A stretch of DNA of 63,831 nucleotides, the filler included, from Folioceros fuciformis (Eukaryota): assembly GCA_049999805.1 (NCBI GenBank). It is 6 parts of 6 records of this genome, joined end to end, with 100 filler letters (N's around TTAATTAATTAA, not from the genome) between each part and the next. Parts side by side here need not be neighbours in the genome. Positions count along the whole stretch, not along the records: positions 17,283 to 33,235 come from JBNGIO010004125.1; positions 33,336 to 42,629 come from JBNGIO010004126.1; 4 more parts are not named here. One strand, given 5' to 3'. This document shows positions 24,803 to 36,907 of the stretch, one piece after another. Each line of letters starts with the position of its first letter. Within the stretch, counting starts at the first letter, position 1. The translations under genes and the position numbers were made by a program. The notes below the pieces were generated by a model that had not been told where the DNA came from, searched no databases, and saw only the letters and a list, made by a program, of their open reading frames with translations.

Positions 24803-26703
24803 ATGCAAGCGGACGCGGCAGCTTCCAAGGCTCAGCTCCGTCCCATCGGCGGAGTAGTTGGAGGTGAGCACAGAGCCCTGGCAGGGGCCCCTGCGGATGA
24901 TGGCAATCTGCCGGACAATGCTGGACAAGGAGCCTTGGAGCCACAGGTGCAGGAGGTGTTGCCGCCGTCGCAAATCGGGACGGCTTCCCAGCTCCTGGCT
25001 GGAGGCGTTGCCGGTGCAGTTAGCAAGACGTGCACTGCACCCCTCGCCCGACTCACAATTCTCTTCCAGGTATGCATCGTTGCTTTTCTCTCTGTTTTTC
25101 TGAATTGTGACGAGCTTTTCTCACGGCTGCTCTCTCTGTCCTGCCGGCTGCGTTCCCAGTTGCTTGAAATATGTGTTCTTAGTTTCCGGCGTGCACGCAC
25201 ATCGCTCTGTCTGGCTGACCTGCTGTCCACGGCGAATCGACACAGGTCCAAGGAATGAATGCTGCGGGTGCCAAGTTGAAAGCTCCAAGCATTTTCCATG
25301 AGGCATCAAGGATATTTCGTGAAGAAGGTGTGAGAGCGTTCTGGAAAGGGAATGGGGTCACGATTATCCATAGGCTACCCTATTCGTCAGTCAACTTTTT
25401 CGCTTACGAAGAATACAAAAAAGTAAGGGCCTGGAACCGTGGCGACAATAGGTGGAGTGTTTTATGGTGGTGTCGGGTGGAATTGCTCTAGAAAGCTTTC
25501 TGAATCTACCTGGTTCTTACAGATCCTTAAGAAGTTGCTTGGTACAGAAGGAAAGGAGGAGAGCTTAGGGGTTGGCATGGGTACGAGACTCGTAGCTGGC
25601 GGAGGAGCAGGCATAACAGCTGCGTCTTTGACTTACCCCCTGGACCTCGTGAGAACGCGTCTGGCAGCCCAGGTGAGGGTCCGATTGTTTGGCGGCTTCT
25701 GTTCGCAGTTTTGAGGCTTTGGTTTGGTGTCCTCTACGGTGTATCTCATCCTGTTTGCATTGTTCTGATTGCCATGCACCTTTGAGGCCTGAGATCCTGA
25801 CTACAAGTTGTTTCTTTTTTTGTGCAGACCAAGGTTTCATATTATAAAGGCATAAGTCACGCATTGTTGACTATTCGGAGAGAGGAAGGTTGGCCAGGAC
25901 TTTACAAAGGATTGGGCACGACTTTGTTGGTACCTTTGGCAACACCTTGTCCTTGCACATTGGTTGTGGTACCTTAGATGTGTTGAAATGATCTTTTCAA
26001 GGGGGATGCCTTGCCTTAATAACGATCCTGATTGTCTTAGCTAGCTAGTGCTTTATCTGTTGTCGTGGCAACCTTCCTAATCTTATGATTATGCTCTATC
26101 ACTGCAGGGTGTAGGACCGAACATTGCAATCAATTTTTGTGTCTATGAAACGCTGAAGTCTATGTGGGTCTCTCATTGGTAAGTGACCGTACTCGCCTAG
26201 ATTTCCATACCTGCTTGTCCAGGAAGCATACTGTGTTGTATTGATGCTTCTAATGAGAACATTGACTGAGCAGTTCGTCTGTCTTGGATGGATTGCAGGC
26301 CTGATTCTTCTCCAATAGTGATGAGTCTAGGCTGTGGCAGTGTCGCAGGAATCTGTTCCTCCACAGGTAAGTGACATGGACTTCATACCGGTGAATAAAG
26401 GATCAGTTGTGCAGGTGGGATACTGGAAGAGTGTCTGACCGTAATTTTCACCGTGCAGCGACATTCCCAATTGACCTCGTGAGGAGGAGAATGCAGTTAG
26501 AAGGTGCTGGAGGAAAGGCTCGCATTTACAAGTCCGGCCTCACTGGCACCCTAAAGCATATCGTCCGGACCGAAGGTTTTTTTGGGCTGTACAGAGGAAT
26601 AGTTCCTGAGTACTATAAGGTGATTCCCAGTGTGGGCATAGTGTTCATGACGTATGAATTCATGAAACGGATGCTGAATCCCAGATCTTGGGATGACTCC
26701 TAA
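24803..26703 (+). CDS. Mitochondrial substrate carrier (SLC25/MCF), 7 exons
   Basis: Three carrier repeats: TAPLARLTILFQ..EEGVRAFWKG; TYPLDLVRTRLAAQ..EEGWPGLYKG; TFPIDLVRRRMQ..EGFFGLYRG. Introns are canonical. Confidence 0.95.
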
Positions 26704-28017
26704 ATTTTGACTACAACTTCGTTTAGATAGTGAGCCCGTCACATGGCTGTGTAGTTAGGCGGCCTGAGTACCTATCACAGCAGCCTCACTATTAATTCTT
26801 GCTGGTAGCTCATTGACGTCAGATTTAACGTGGCCATGTCTTCAGGATACGTGGCCCTAGCTTTGACAGGAACAGGACGGCTTCCATGTCCAGCGTACGC
26901 TGGTCGGAGGCTGACAATTTACCTTGGGCGGTTCCCACTGATACTTCATGCGCGACGGAATCCCATTATTGGGGTCTCTTTGTAGCAGCACCTGTTGCCA
27001 CTTTTTGTCTAGGTGGGTGGTGCGATTGTGGCACAGATGTACAACACTTCCGGGATTCACAACTGGGCTTCGAACCTTCCGTTGGACGACTCAGCTTGGA
27101 TACCTGTGTGTTCAAGCCAGCGCTGTACAGCTGGGACGGTTCTTCTGAGGTGCACGTGTTTTCGATTCCGTGGCCTTTCTGTGAGTCGTTTTTGCACGCA
27201 TTTTTGGCAGTCTGGTATCAATGAACTCTACCGGAGACAATCACACCTCGTGTTTCGCGACCCAATGCCGCGTGAAGGTTGCGCTGTCCACTGGAGTTTA
27301 GCTTCTAGTGTCATCTAGAAGAGAGTATGTTGTCTCCAGTTGAGTGGCGAGGTGTGTGCGTGTGGGTGTCCCAGCAACCTCAAGCCATTTACGCATCCCA
27401 TTGCGTTGCGTCGAGACTCGGAAGCTCGCCAGGTAGTGGTGAAGGATAGGATCTAGAAGGGAAGAAAAGAGAGGGAATACAAGAGTTGAAGTGACGAGCA
27501 ACGGCGGATGGCTTGTCTCTTGTACATTCCCCTCCATCTCTGTCCTTCTGCCTGGCGCAGGAGTATTTTCTGTACGGCGTCCATGCCCTAGACGAAGCGG
27601 GTGATGGATGGACGTACATACTTCTGTCGTTTTCGTCCTTGCTGTAAGGGAATGTCCTAACAAAGCTTGCCGCACCGGAGCCTCGCAACCTCCTTCAGAT
27701 GCTGAAGCCCATGCGCGGCCTGGGGAATCGAGCTTACTATCCAGCATGCGGGTCGAGATACAGATGGACGGACGCTTAAAATTTTTCTTACACAAAAAAG
27801 AAAATTATCCTTCGTTGTCAGCGCGGAGTCTCTGTGTACCTTCGGTGGTACGAGGAGACCTGGTGTCGTCATTGGCCGAAGGGCCAAAGCATTTTTTTGA
27901 GGGAAGGAATCCACTGCCGGAAGAAAGCAAACCCCCGTCTTTTCTTGGGGCTGTGATATCTTTGGCGCAGGCCTTGACCGTGCGAGGGTCAGCCGTCGTT
28001 GCTCCACACCAACAGCA

Positions 28018-30192
28018 TTACAAACCCAAAGTATTCCACAGTGTTCGCAACTTATCGTCAAGGTCGGCTCCATTCACTTCACAGCAAACCTGAAGGCACC
28101 AAATCCTTTCCGCCACTGCAGCTGCTCGTTGAGAGCCAACGACTGAGATGAGGATAACGAGTGACGGAAACATGAAGGAGCATGCTTGTGTGTAAGGGTG
28201 CGGACGGAGAGCACTACCTGTACAGCTGTGGGGCTGCTCCCTGGAGTGAAGTGTACACCTGTCAGTGGCACTGCATGAGAGGGTTTGCAGATACTGTCAA
28301 GGATATCACGACACAAGTTTTGTGGATGTGACAGACCTTCGTGTCGTCGCTTTTGCCTCGTCTACATGAGCAGACAAGGCTTCGGTATATATGTTGATCA
28401 AGGTGAGGCTGCATAACATAAGATCCGTTCAAGGTGCCGCCGATGGTACGGGTTTCTGAGACGCGTGGAGCATAGTGGATGACTCACCTTGATGTCACCA
28501 CTGCTGCTAGCAGTATGGGAGCAAGGATCAACCATATATCAGTTTGCTGTTGTGCCACCTTCACCAGGTATTTTTCAATGTCCTGTCGCTGTGTCCAGGA
28601 CACCCATAGATAAAAGAATCAGTGGACAGGGGTATAGTGTACGGCAACCCTGTGCAATGAGAGGATACAACCTGCGTGGAAACGTGTCTACCTTTTCAAT
28701 GGGCGTGGGTTGAGGATGGAACTCTGTCAACTGGGACTTCAATGTGGTCGGAGACGATGCACACCCCAACGACGATGGAGCTAGGAGCTTGATGCACACG
28801 TCTTTCCACCTCAGAGACGCCATGTACATACAGCAAAGTTCCTGCTACATTGCGTTGAAAATTCAATACCACGATCAACATGGCAAAAAGTGCCAGATAA
28901 GTGAAGACGGAATTCCTTACAGCTATCTCCACCAAGTTGCCCCCACTGCTTCGGACATTTGAGCTTCTGAGTGCATCCAAGACTGGCGTCCACTGGGACG
29001 TCGTCCCCTTGAATATAATCAGGGAACTGGAAAGCCTGTAGATTGTCTCGGCATCCAAGAGGTACGATATCCCATTTTGAGTCCACACTACAACATCTCT
29101 GGCAGCATTTCTCTGACAAAAACCTGTAGAAGAGATATCCATTTGCCTGCGACGAGGCAGTCCGGAATGTAACCGATGCAAACGACATTCCTGCTCATAT
29201 GAACCTGCTTATGCGGGAAGTACCTTGTGCCACCCTCTGGTTCATATCCCCATATGCAGCTCTGTGTAGGAATCTCTGCTCCTGGAAAGGCCAGCTCCCC
29301 AGCTGCTTCTACTATTCTCGCAAGCGAGTCCACATGGGCCACCGCCGAGCATCTCTCAGATGTTTCATACAGTAGCGAACTCCAAAGCTCACTACTTTCC
29401 ATCTTGACTGTCTCTTCCCCAGCTACCTGCTTCGGACTGTGCGCATAGCTACCTTCCCCTCCCTCCCCACCCCGAATCTCCGACATGCACACTTCTACGG
29501 GCACATGAGCTGCTTCTGTTTTGGTCACACACTCTCCAGGAACTGAAATTGGGTTTCCGATGGGAGCCACATCCGGACCCCGAGCTCCCTCGAGTGCAAC
29601 CACGGCTGCAACCACAGATGCAATTTGTCCATTCTCAATTCCCATGGCCTGCAGCAGCACTCGCAGGAGCAGAACCCTCGACTCCAGCAGCACGGCGACA
29701 GAGAGCTTTGGAAGGCCCTGAAATCAGACCAGCCGTCCATGACTCGCTAGGAACAGATAAAGCCAAACCCAAACCACAAGAAAGGAAAAGGAAATGATGA
29801 TGGGCAAATTATACCGGAGGATGGGGGGTCCTGTCCATCATGTCAGCAAGTGCTTCATCCAAAGCCGCCTTGGACTCCTCCTCAAGAGAGTGCATCGCCT
29901 GAAAGCAGGCCCCGACCAACAGCACAACAGCACCACACCGTTATCACACTTGTGACAACCAAACAAAACACAACCGTTGAGTGCAACATCAAAGAGAAGC
30001 AGCAGGGCAGCAGCAAAACCAAGCAATCTCACACGGCCAACTCACATCCTCCAGAAAGGCAGCCCAGCCAAGAGCCCGCTTTACTTGCTCTACACTCCAA
30101 AAGACCCGGTTTCCATTAGATTGAAACCCGGAGGCCAATAGTAGCATGTCCAGGAAAGCTCCGGCATATCCTACTAGCTCTCCTAAATCCAT
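28018..30192 (-). CDS. FANCF: Fanconi anemia group F protein homologue, multi-exon
   Basis: N-terminus MDLGELVGYAGAFLDMLLLASGFQSNG..WSVEQVKRALGWAAFLE, internal ISYLLD..IIFKG..QW and ELCCMYMASLRW, and C-terminal AERIWCL match plant FANCF as I recall it. Internal exon borders are approximate. Confidence 0.75.
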
Positions 30193-31314
30193 GCCCTGTC
30201 GTGACTCAGCCTGCAACGCCTCTGGTTGGCTTTCCAGACGAGACTGAATTACGAGGTGGTCGTGTCTGTATCGCAACAGCGCATACCCTAGAACGTCAGG
30301 CCATGTGCCATTACCTCGAGTGCGTACGTTGTGTGCTAATGGAATTGGATAGCCCAACTGCCCAACTCCTATTCCGACCTACTGGTTCAAAGCTCATTGG
30401 AGCCTCATCAGATGCTCTCGCAGAAAAAGCACGATGACGTATCGGTAAGTAGTTCAGGTTCAGTGAGCGGGCGCCACGTTTGTGAGGGAAAGATGCCGAC
30501 TCGAGAGTGCCGCAAGAGAGCGTGTCGAGCCAGGACTGGCTTCTCCGGGGAGTTCTGCCGACAGAACAGCAGATCCACTGAAGCGCCGTTTCCAGTTCAT
30601 CGAGGCTATTCGAGACCACCCTGTCGCCACAAGCAGGCACATCACTCCTGCTGTCGCCGCAAGCAGACAAGTCATTCCTGAAGCTTCTGTTGGAGGTTCA
30701 TGATTTATTGGAACTTCACCGTGCAGCCCGCCCTCGACCCGATCAATGTATGGTGTTGTACGTGGATTTGCGTGACGAAGTGGAACCTAAAAGTGTGCTC
30801 GAGATCGAGCTGCTTCTTGTCCTCCTCATGTTTCCGATCTCGAGGTGTTCTAAGCTGCCGTGAGCAAGCTGTACTGGGGTGCAAGTTTTGAGCGGAGTCC
30901 TCCGGTGGCTGGCAACAGGCGCCCCGGCGATTTGAACTGCGTTGCTTCCCATCCTGATCGCAAAGCTGCGAAGTGTACCACAGTGTTCGTGACATCGTTA
31001 CCGACACGACACAAAGCATTGCTTCTTGCATGCATCTGACATGTCCCCGCAGCAGTTGTGCTGTTGTGTAGTTGAGCATGGATCGCGGTGCAACGCGGGA
31101 TCTCCCTGCGGCCCTTCAGTGCGGTCGGAGATGTGTTGTCAGTGCTCTGTGAGTGGCAGCCGGCAGACTCTACTGTTGGAAAGGATAATTCTGATACGAT
31201 AGAGGTGTTGTACTTGTGATGGCTTCTTCCAGATGGACTGATCATGTAGCTGGCTGTGTTCTTTGATCCTTTGTTAAGAACCTTGACGGTTAAGCCTCGC
31301 CGGTGCCTGCTCTC

Positions 31315-31804
31315 ATGCATAGCTCCGGACCTGGATATGGTACTGGTAGCGGCATGCCAAGCCTGGTCCCAGGCCGCTCAGATGCGGCGGGACCTGGAGT
31401 GGTCCAGGGCACGACTCCAAGTCCGCCCTGGCCGATGACGCAGGAGCAGGTGGAGATGCTTCGGCGCCAGATTTTCGTCTTCAAAGTCATTTCTCGCAGG
31501 CTCGCGGACACGTTCCGCTCCACGCATCAATCGGATATCGATTGGACTCCTACGTCCGATCAGAACGAGATCTTGGAGCGGATATTCGGGCTTCAAGACG
31601 GTTTCACACGCACTCCTCAGAGAGTGAAGGAGATCTCGGCCGCCTTGTGCTCTAAGGGGCCGCATGTTCACAATGCTGAAGTTCTTCTCTGGCTTCAGGA
31701 GCGCCAATCGCGACAAGACAAGTTGGAAACATCAGGAAAGCAAAACTCAGAGGACAACGAGCGCAAACGGATGCGCGACGAGCATGCACAGTGCCATCAT
31801 CCAG
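31315..31804 (+). CDS. Divergent WOX13-like (T1 clade) homeobox protein, first exon; downstream exons to ~32620 uncertain
   Basis: MTQEQVEMLRRQIFVFKVISRRL (WOX13 upstream motif) followed by WTPTSDQNEILERIF..PQRVKEISAALCSKGP..VLLWLQERQSR (WOX homeodomain); donor ccag|gtcgg at 31804. Confidence 0.8.
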
Positions 31805-32089
31805 GTCGGTGTTTCAAAGCCTTCTTGGTCGTTTGCTATGCCCTTGTTTCATGTGAGGAGGTTGGCCCCTTCCCAGGCCGATCTTTGCGTAGTCCATCCA
31901 GCCTGGTATAATTTCGTGTTTCAGTATTCAATGTAGCTTAGGGTGTGCAGGACAATGCATATGCTTCGGGTTTGATGTAGCTGGGGGGCAATTTCCCGGC
32001 GCCAGATCCTGCAAGAAATGCAGCTGAACGATGTCAAGTCTCTGTATGCAGAAAACTGGGATTTCGGCGACAAGCGTCAAGCCATCCTA

Positions 32090-32250
32090 GGCGAAGCTTC
32101 GGCTTCGCATGAGGAGGGAGGAGGGTGGCCGTCCAGCAATAAGCGTCAGGCCGAAACTTCAGTGTCACATGAGGAGGGAGGAGAGTGGATATCCAGTGCT
32201 AAGAGTCATGCCGAAGCTTCAGCTTCATATCAGCAGGAAGGCGAGAGCGC
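32090..32250 (+). repeat. 60-bp imperfect repeat, ~3 copies, possibly coding in the WOX C-terminus
   Basis: EASASHEEGGGWPSSNKRQA / ETSVSHEEGGEWISSAKSHA / EASASYQQEGES. Confidence 0.65.
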
Positions 32251-33235
32251 ACCCGGATTTACAGAAAGCCTCCTGTTCCAGACGTGTCTACTTCACATTC
32301 TGACGGGTGCCATGTGAAAGTTCAGATGTCGAAGATAAAAAGGAAGGGAAGTCGTCCGGCCACTTCAGATGTCGAAGGAAGAAGCAAGGAAGGGAAGTCG
32401 CCCGGCCACTAGCTATGTCACAGCAAACTTCAATTGTAAATAGGTTTTCAGAGGCCGGCCCATGCCGTGCCACGGCGAACGTTACATCCCTGTTTCTCGT
32501 CGTCTCGTGAATTGTATGGTTGGTCTTCAGGCTGATCATCTTGATGCCAGCCCCTTTTGCTGCATGAAACAGCAGGATTCCAAGCCTCCACAAGACGCGT
32601 GTGAGAAGAGAGGCTAGCTTTGCGCCTCCCTTGCCGGAAGGTATCAACACGTCCGCAGACCGAGCGGGAGAGTCCAACAACGATGCGGCCTGGTGGCAGA
32701 ATGTTTGAGAAAAGCAAGCCAAGATGCGTCACGGCAAACCAGCCGGGCCCGCTGTGACGCCGTGCTCACGACCCAAACTGCCGTACACTCCAGTCCGCTC
32801 CGCCGCCCGGATGTATCTAGTACGCACATACATGCATTTACTACAGTATACCTACTTCGGGGCTGAGATCGTTTAACTTCGTCCTCTGGTTAGTTAACCG
32901 AGAGTGGCGGCCACGTGGAGATTCAGCTGGTGCCGCGGTGGCAAAATATTCCAGACGCGCCGTGGACATGGATGCCAGCTGGCTGTGCACAATAACCACG
33001 TCGATAATGTGACGGCGTGATAAACAAAGGCCAGGCCAAAAGATTAGTATCCGGGGAACGGACTGCTGCTCTTGCTCTCCTCGCATCGCCGCCATGTCGA
33101 GAAATGAAATGCGCTGTGGTCCGAGCAGGGCAGGAAGGGCAGGGCCAAGCCGGGTAGGGCAGGGCGGCCACCAGATTCTCTCTCATGCCCGGGCCCGGAC
33201 TGCCCGCCCTTCCCAACCCCGTCGGAGCCCTGCCA

Positions 33236-33335
33236 NNNNNNNNNNNNNNNNNNNNNNNNNNNNNNNNNNNNNNNNNNNNTTAATTAATTAANNNNNNNNN
33301 NNNNNNNNNNNNNNNNNNNNNNNNNNNNNNNNNNN
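33236..33335. other. Artificial scaffold spacer
   Basis: 44 N + ttaattaattaa + 44 N. Confidence 0.97.
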
Positions 33336-33940
33336 TGCGTCACAATCACAGCCAGACCCGCCACTCCTGCCCCAGCACCAGGCAAGATTCGGAGCCACAT
33401 TGCACCACAGAAGGCGCAGGAAAGTGCTGCATTGCTCACCTACGTGACCGGCGCGGGCGCTACCAGCGCGGAGCTACTCCGAACTGCAGCAGCTTGCAAG
33501 AAAAGCACGGCATTGCCCCGCGGCCAGGGGACGGACCCCAAAGGGCTACGGGCGCGAGGGCGACTAGGGGTGCGTGTGTTCGAAAGCGCGGGCGGCTGCT
33601 TGTTGTCGACTGATAGCAAGCTGCTGCTTGCGCGGCAGCCTGGCTCTAGAGGCTGGCTGCTGCTGGCCTGCCTGCGCCTGTGCGTGCCTGCCTCTTGTTT
33701 GTGCAGAAGAGAGAGAGAAACCAGCGCCAAGGGCGGGAGGCACAGAGGGGGAGGGCTGGGCTGCGGCATACAACGGTTTACTGTCCGTCGAACGCCACAA
33801 CTGGCGGTCTACAATGGAGTCAACTGCACTTCGTCATGTCCGCTCCAAATATCTCCTAGTGTAAGAAAGGAGCAGCCACGAAAATGCCTGACAAAATCGC
33901 CCACCAATTTAGAAAATTCTACATAGCTTTCCGCGTTCCG

Positions 33941-33954
33941 AACCCTAACCCTAA
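33941..33954 (+). promoter_or_regulatory. Telo-box-like motif (aaccctaaccctaa)
   Basis: Tandem AACCCTA, typical of plant housekeeping and snoRNA promoters. Confidence 0.5.
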
Positions 33955-34084
33955 TTTAAGCTCTGCCACCAGCCCTCGTGCAGTGAAAGATACTATTGTC
34001 TGTATGTCGGGGCGTTCTTCGCGGTCAAAGCACAGCTTCTTCTGCCACTTTAACATACATACACACATGTACGTATGAATTTTA

Positions 34085-34228
34085 GGTGTGTGGGTGCTTC
34101 GTAGCCAATTTTTTTGGTCAATCCATGAGGGTCTGGCTTTCGTTTTCAGCACACGCCATAGCCAATCCTTTGGTCGAAGTGGTCAATAATGAGGGACTAG
34201 TATCTCTTTGTCCAAAAGTCCCACAGCC
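34085..34228 (+). ncRNA. Candidate box H/ACA sno/scaRNA
   Basis: Two hairpins (ggtgtgtg/cacacgcc; tttgg/ccaaa), hinge atagcca (imperfect H box), ACA at 34223-34225, UGAG at both apices, ~144 nt. Confidence 0.4.
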
Positions 34229-35168
34229 AATGTAGACTCTGGAATGCTACATACAGGGGTCACTCATTTTCGTGTTCTGCAGAGCTTGTCCCACGTCGCT
34301 TCTATCTCAGATTCTGAGATACCTAGAATCAGTCCTAGCCATGGAGGTACTATACTCTGTGCGCTCAGCCAAGAAATGTCGAATACATAAGCATATCTTG
34401 CCGCCTCTCCGTGTGCGAGGGTAAAAAACAAGGCTACGGCGCAGCCACAGCCAGGCGTGCCCTGCTGCAGTTGATCATTGTCCTCTACTGTTGGTGACAG
34501 CAGACGCTCAGGACTAAAAAGTGGCATACAAAGTGTGGGTAGTGGGACCCCCCGTTGCCTGGCCTGTTGTGCCTGTCCACCCACTACACCCTTCCTGCAT
34601 GCAGCAGACACACCAGCCTGCTGGAACGCACTAAACCGGGAAGCGTTTCTCTCCAACTCTGTATAAGTGATATGTACGAGTTGAGGATGGAAATTTCATT
34701 TTCTGTCACACGTGGTAAGACCTCATGAATTTGACCTTCACTCCAGTGGAGAGGAATCATGCCGAAGTGGGGCAAGCCAATTTTTAGCCACGGTAACCAA
34801 GGTCAGGTCAACACCAAAGCAGGCAGCAAAATTCTCATTATGCACGAAACACGGAATAGTAAGGACACGGAACAATGGGTAAGCAAGCCATGCGAGGCCA
34901 AAAACGTTACCACTTCTGACCGATCGAAGCAGTAGTGCCGATTCCTAGCCCGCTGCTGATCAGATTGAATATGTGCCACATTTCACAGTAACTTGACAGC
35001 GCCAACAGGTACATATGTAGACACGGATAATGCGTGCTGTCTCACAAGTTTCGGTAAAGAGCAGATTTGAAGCTTCTTCAAGGGTGTCATCGCCGGATGG
35101 TTCTGATATCCTCCAGCATATAGGTAGGTGTTACAACATAGGCTTCTTAAGGGTAGTCCCTCGTGGTT

Positions 35169-35972
35169 TCATCTGCGGTCTAAATGCCGATTGGCCACTT
35201 GCTCAAACTGGTCGACAGTCTGTTTCAAATTTTTCCTGCAGCCCGTTCGTCAAAGAAATTCCGTACAATTTTACACCGAGAGACAACAGCAACTGACAAT
35301 ATAGGCATGTCAAGGATACAGTTGAGCAGCTATGGTGCTCATTCCCTTCATCTCTTCGTTCAACCTGGAACGCAACATTGCATGTCATAATGCCGAGGGC
35401 CCCAAGGAAAAAGCGAAAAAACCAACATCGCAGACGGGCAGTGAACAAATTGGAGCTTCACCTTAGACACGAGTTGATGAACCGATTACCTCTCGTTGCT
35501 GCCTCAATGGCTGATCCACAGCCAGCATGCACGTATGGCATATAGTCAGTTCCCACATCTTGCACAAGATCTGGATGCACAGGGCGTCTACATCACCGTC
35601 TACCTGATTCTTGCAACTGCCCGGCGGCCTCACTGTGACACCGCATGTGCTCAACGGTGCTTCCGGTAACCTGCACCATGTCTTTAGATCGGGAAAATGC
35701 AGTTCAGCCACCAGACTCCATCTTGCTATAAGCACTCACCACGGCCAGAGCTCCTTGAAGTGATGACAGCAAAGACTGGAGACTGTTAGCAACGGCTTTT
35801 GCGTCTTCCTCCACCGCTTCTGCCACCTTCACAGCCATCTGCATCATACGCAATCCACGCACTGACAAATCTCGTCGTATCCAGACCTGCCTAGGGTTCT
35901 TGTGGGAAGGGAGCAAACCTCCAGCCCTGGTTGCTGCTTGTATTCAGCTAGAAGCGGCTCCGACAAGGCCAT
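35169..35972 (-). CDS. BORCS6: BLOC-1-related complex subunit 6-like small coiled-coil protein, 6 exons
   Basis: MALSEPLL..|MAVKVAEAVEEDAKAVANSLQSLLSSLQGALAV|VTGSTVEHMRCHSEAAGQLQES|AIEAATRGNRFINSCLR|LNEEMKGMSTIAAQL|KNLKQTVDQFEQVANRHLDRR*. Confidence 0.75.
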
Positions 35973-36907
35973 CGCTTCTCTGACGGCCCCCTCAACAGTG
36001 CGTCCACCAATTGAACGAAAGCCTAACCCGACCTGCAGTTACAGCAACCCGGAAGCCTTCACGGCTTTCGGAAACAGACAACAGGGAGGAAATAGTGGAG
36101 AAGAGGCGTCGCAGATCACGTTGCTGAATTGTGTCACCCCTCAGTCCACGAGATGGTAGCTATGTCGTGCTTAATGCTATCCGCCTTCCTCCTCCTTGAT
36201 CCTCAGTGCTCGTCTGAGATGCATCCAACCTCGATGAACCGCAGGGCTTGCTTTCCTTGCTGAGAAGGCTTTACAGGAGNNNNNNNNNNNNNNNNNNNNN
36301 NNNNNNNNNNNNNNNNNNNNNNNNNNNNNNNNNNNNNNNNNNNNNNNNNNNNNNNNNNNNNNNNNNNNNNNNNNNNNNNTCTTGTGCCTCTCACACGGAT
36401 TAGAGTTCGTGGCCCTTCCTTTTGCCAAATTGCAATAGCTTCTATCCCTCCATCCAAATCGTCATAGCTTCAAAATGGAATGATTTATTCTGGATCTGGT
36501 GAACTATCTGGTGTGTGATCTTCTGGCCAGAATGACCGAAAGGAGGTTGAACAGCAAGCACCATAAGCCCAGTGTGGACGCGCCGCGGGTTGGCTTGTCC
36601 GGTGTGTACGTATAGTATTGAACTTTCCCCGTCCTTCCTTCCCGATCTAGGTTTTAGCCATGTCAGCACCAGATAAGAGGAAGATTTTCGCGCAACTTGC
36701 CAGATTGGGAACCTCTGTTTCTCTCACACGATACAAGGTGAGAGATTCATCCGGCTAGCCTTTAGACCTTGTAGGTCTTATACTAGAGCCTCAATGCATT
36801 CCCGCAGGATGAAGATGGGAGGGACAGTCTGAGGACACAAAAATTGAAAGCCAGTCTCGAATGTAGACATTGCTCGATGACTCCTTCTGACCCTCTGATC
36901 TGCGTTC

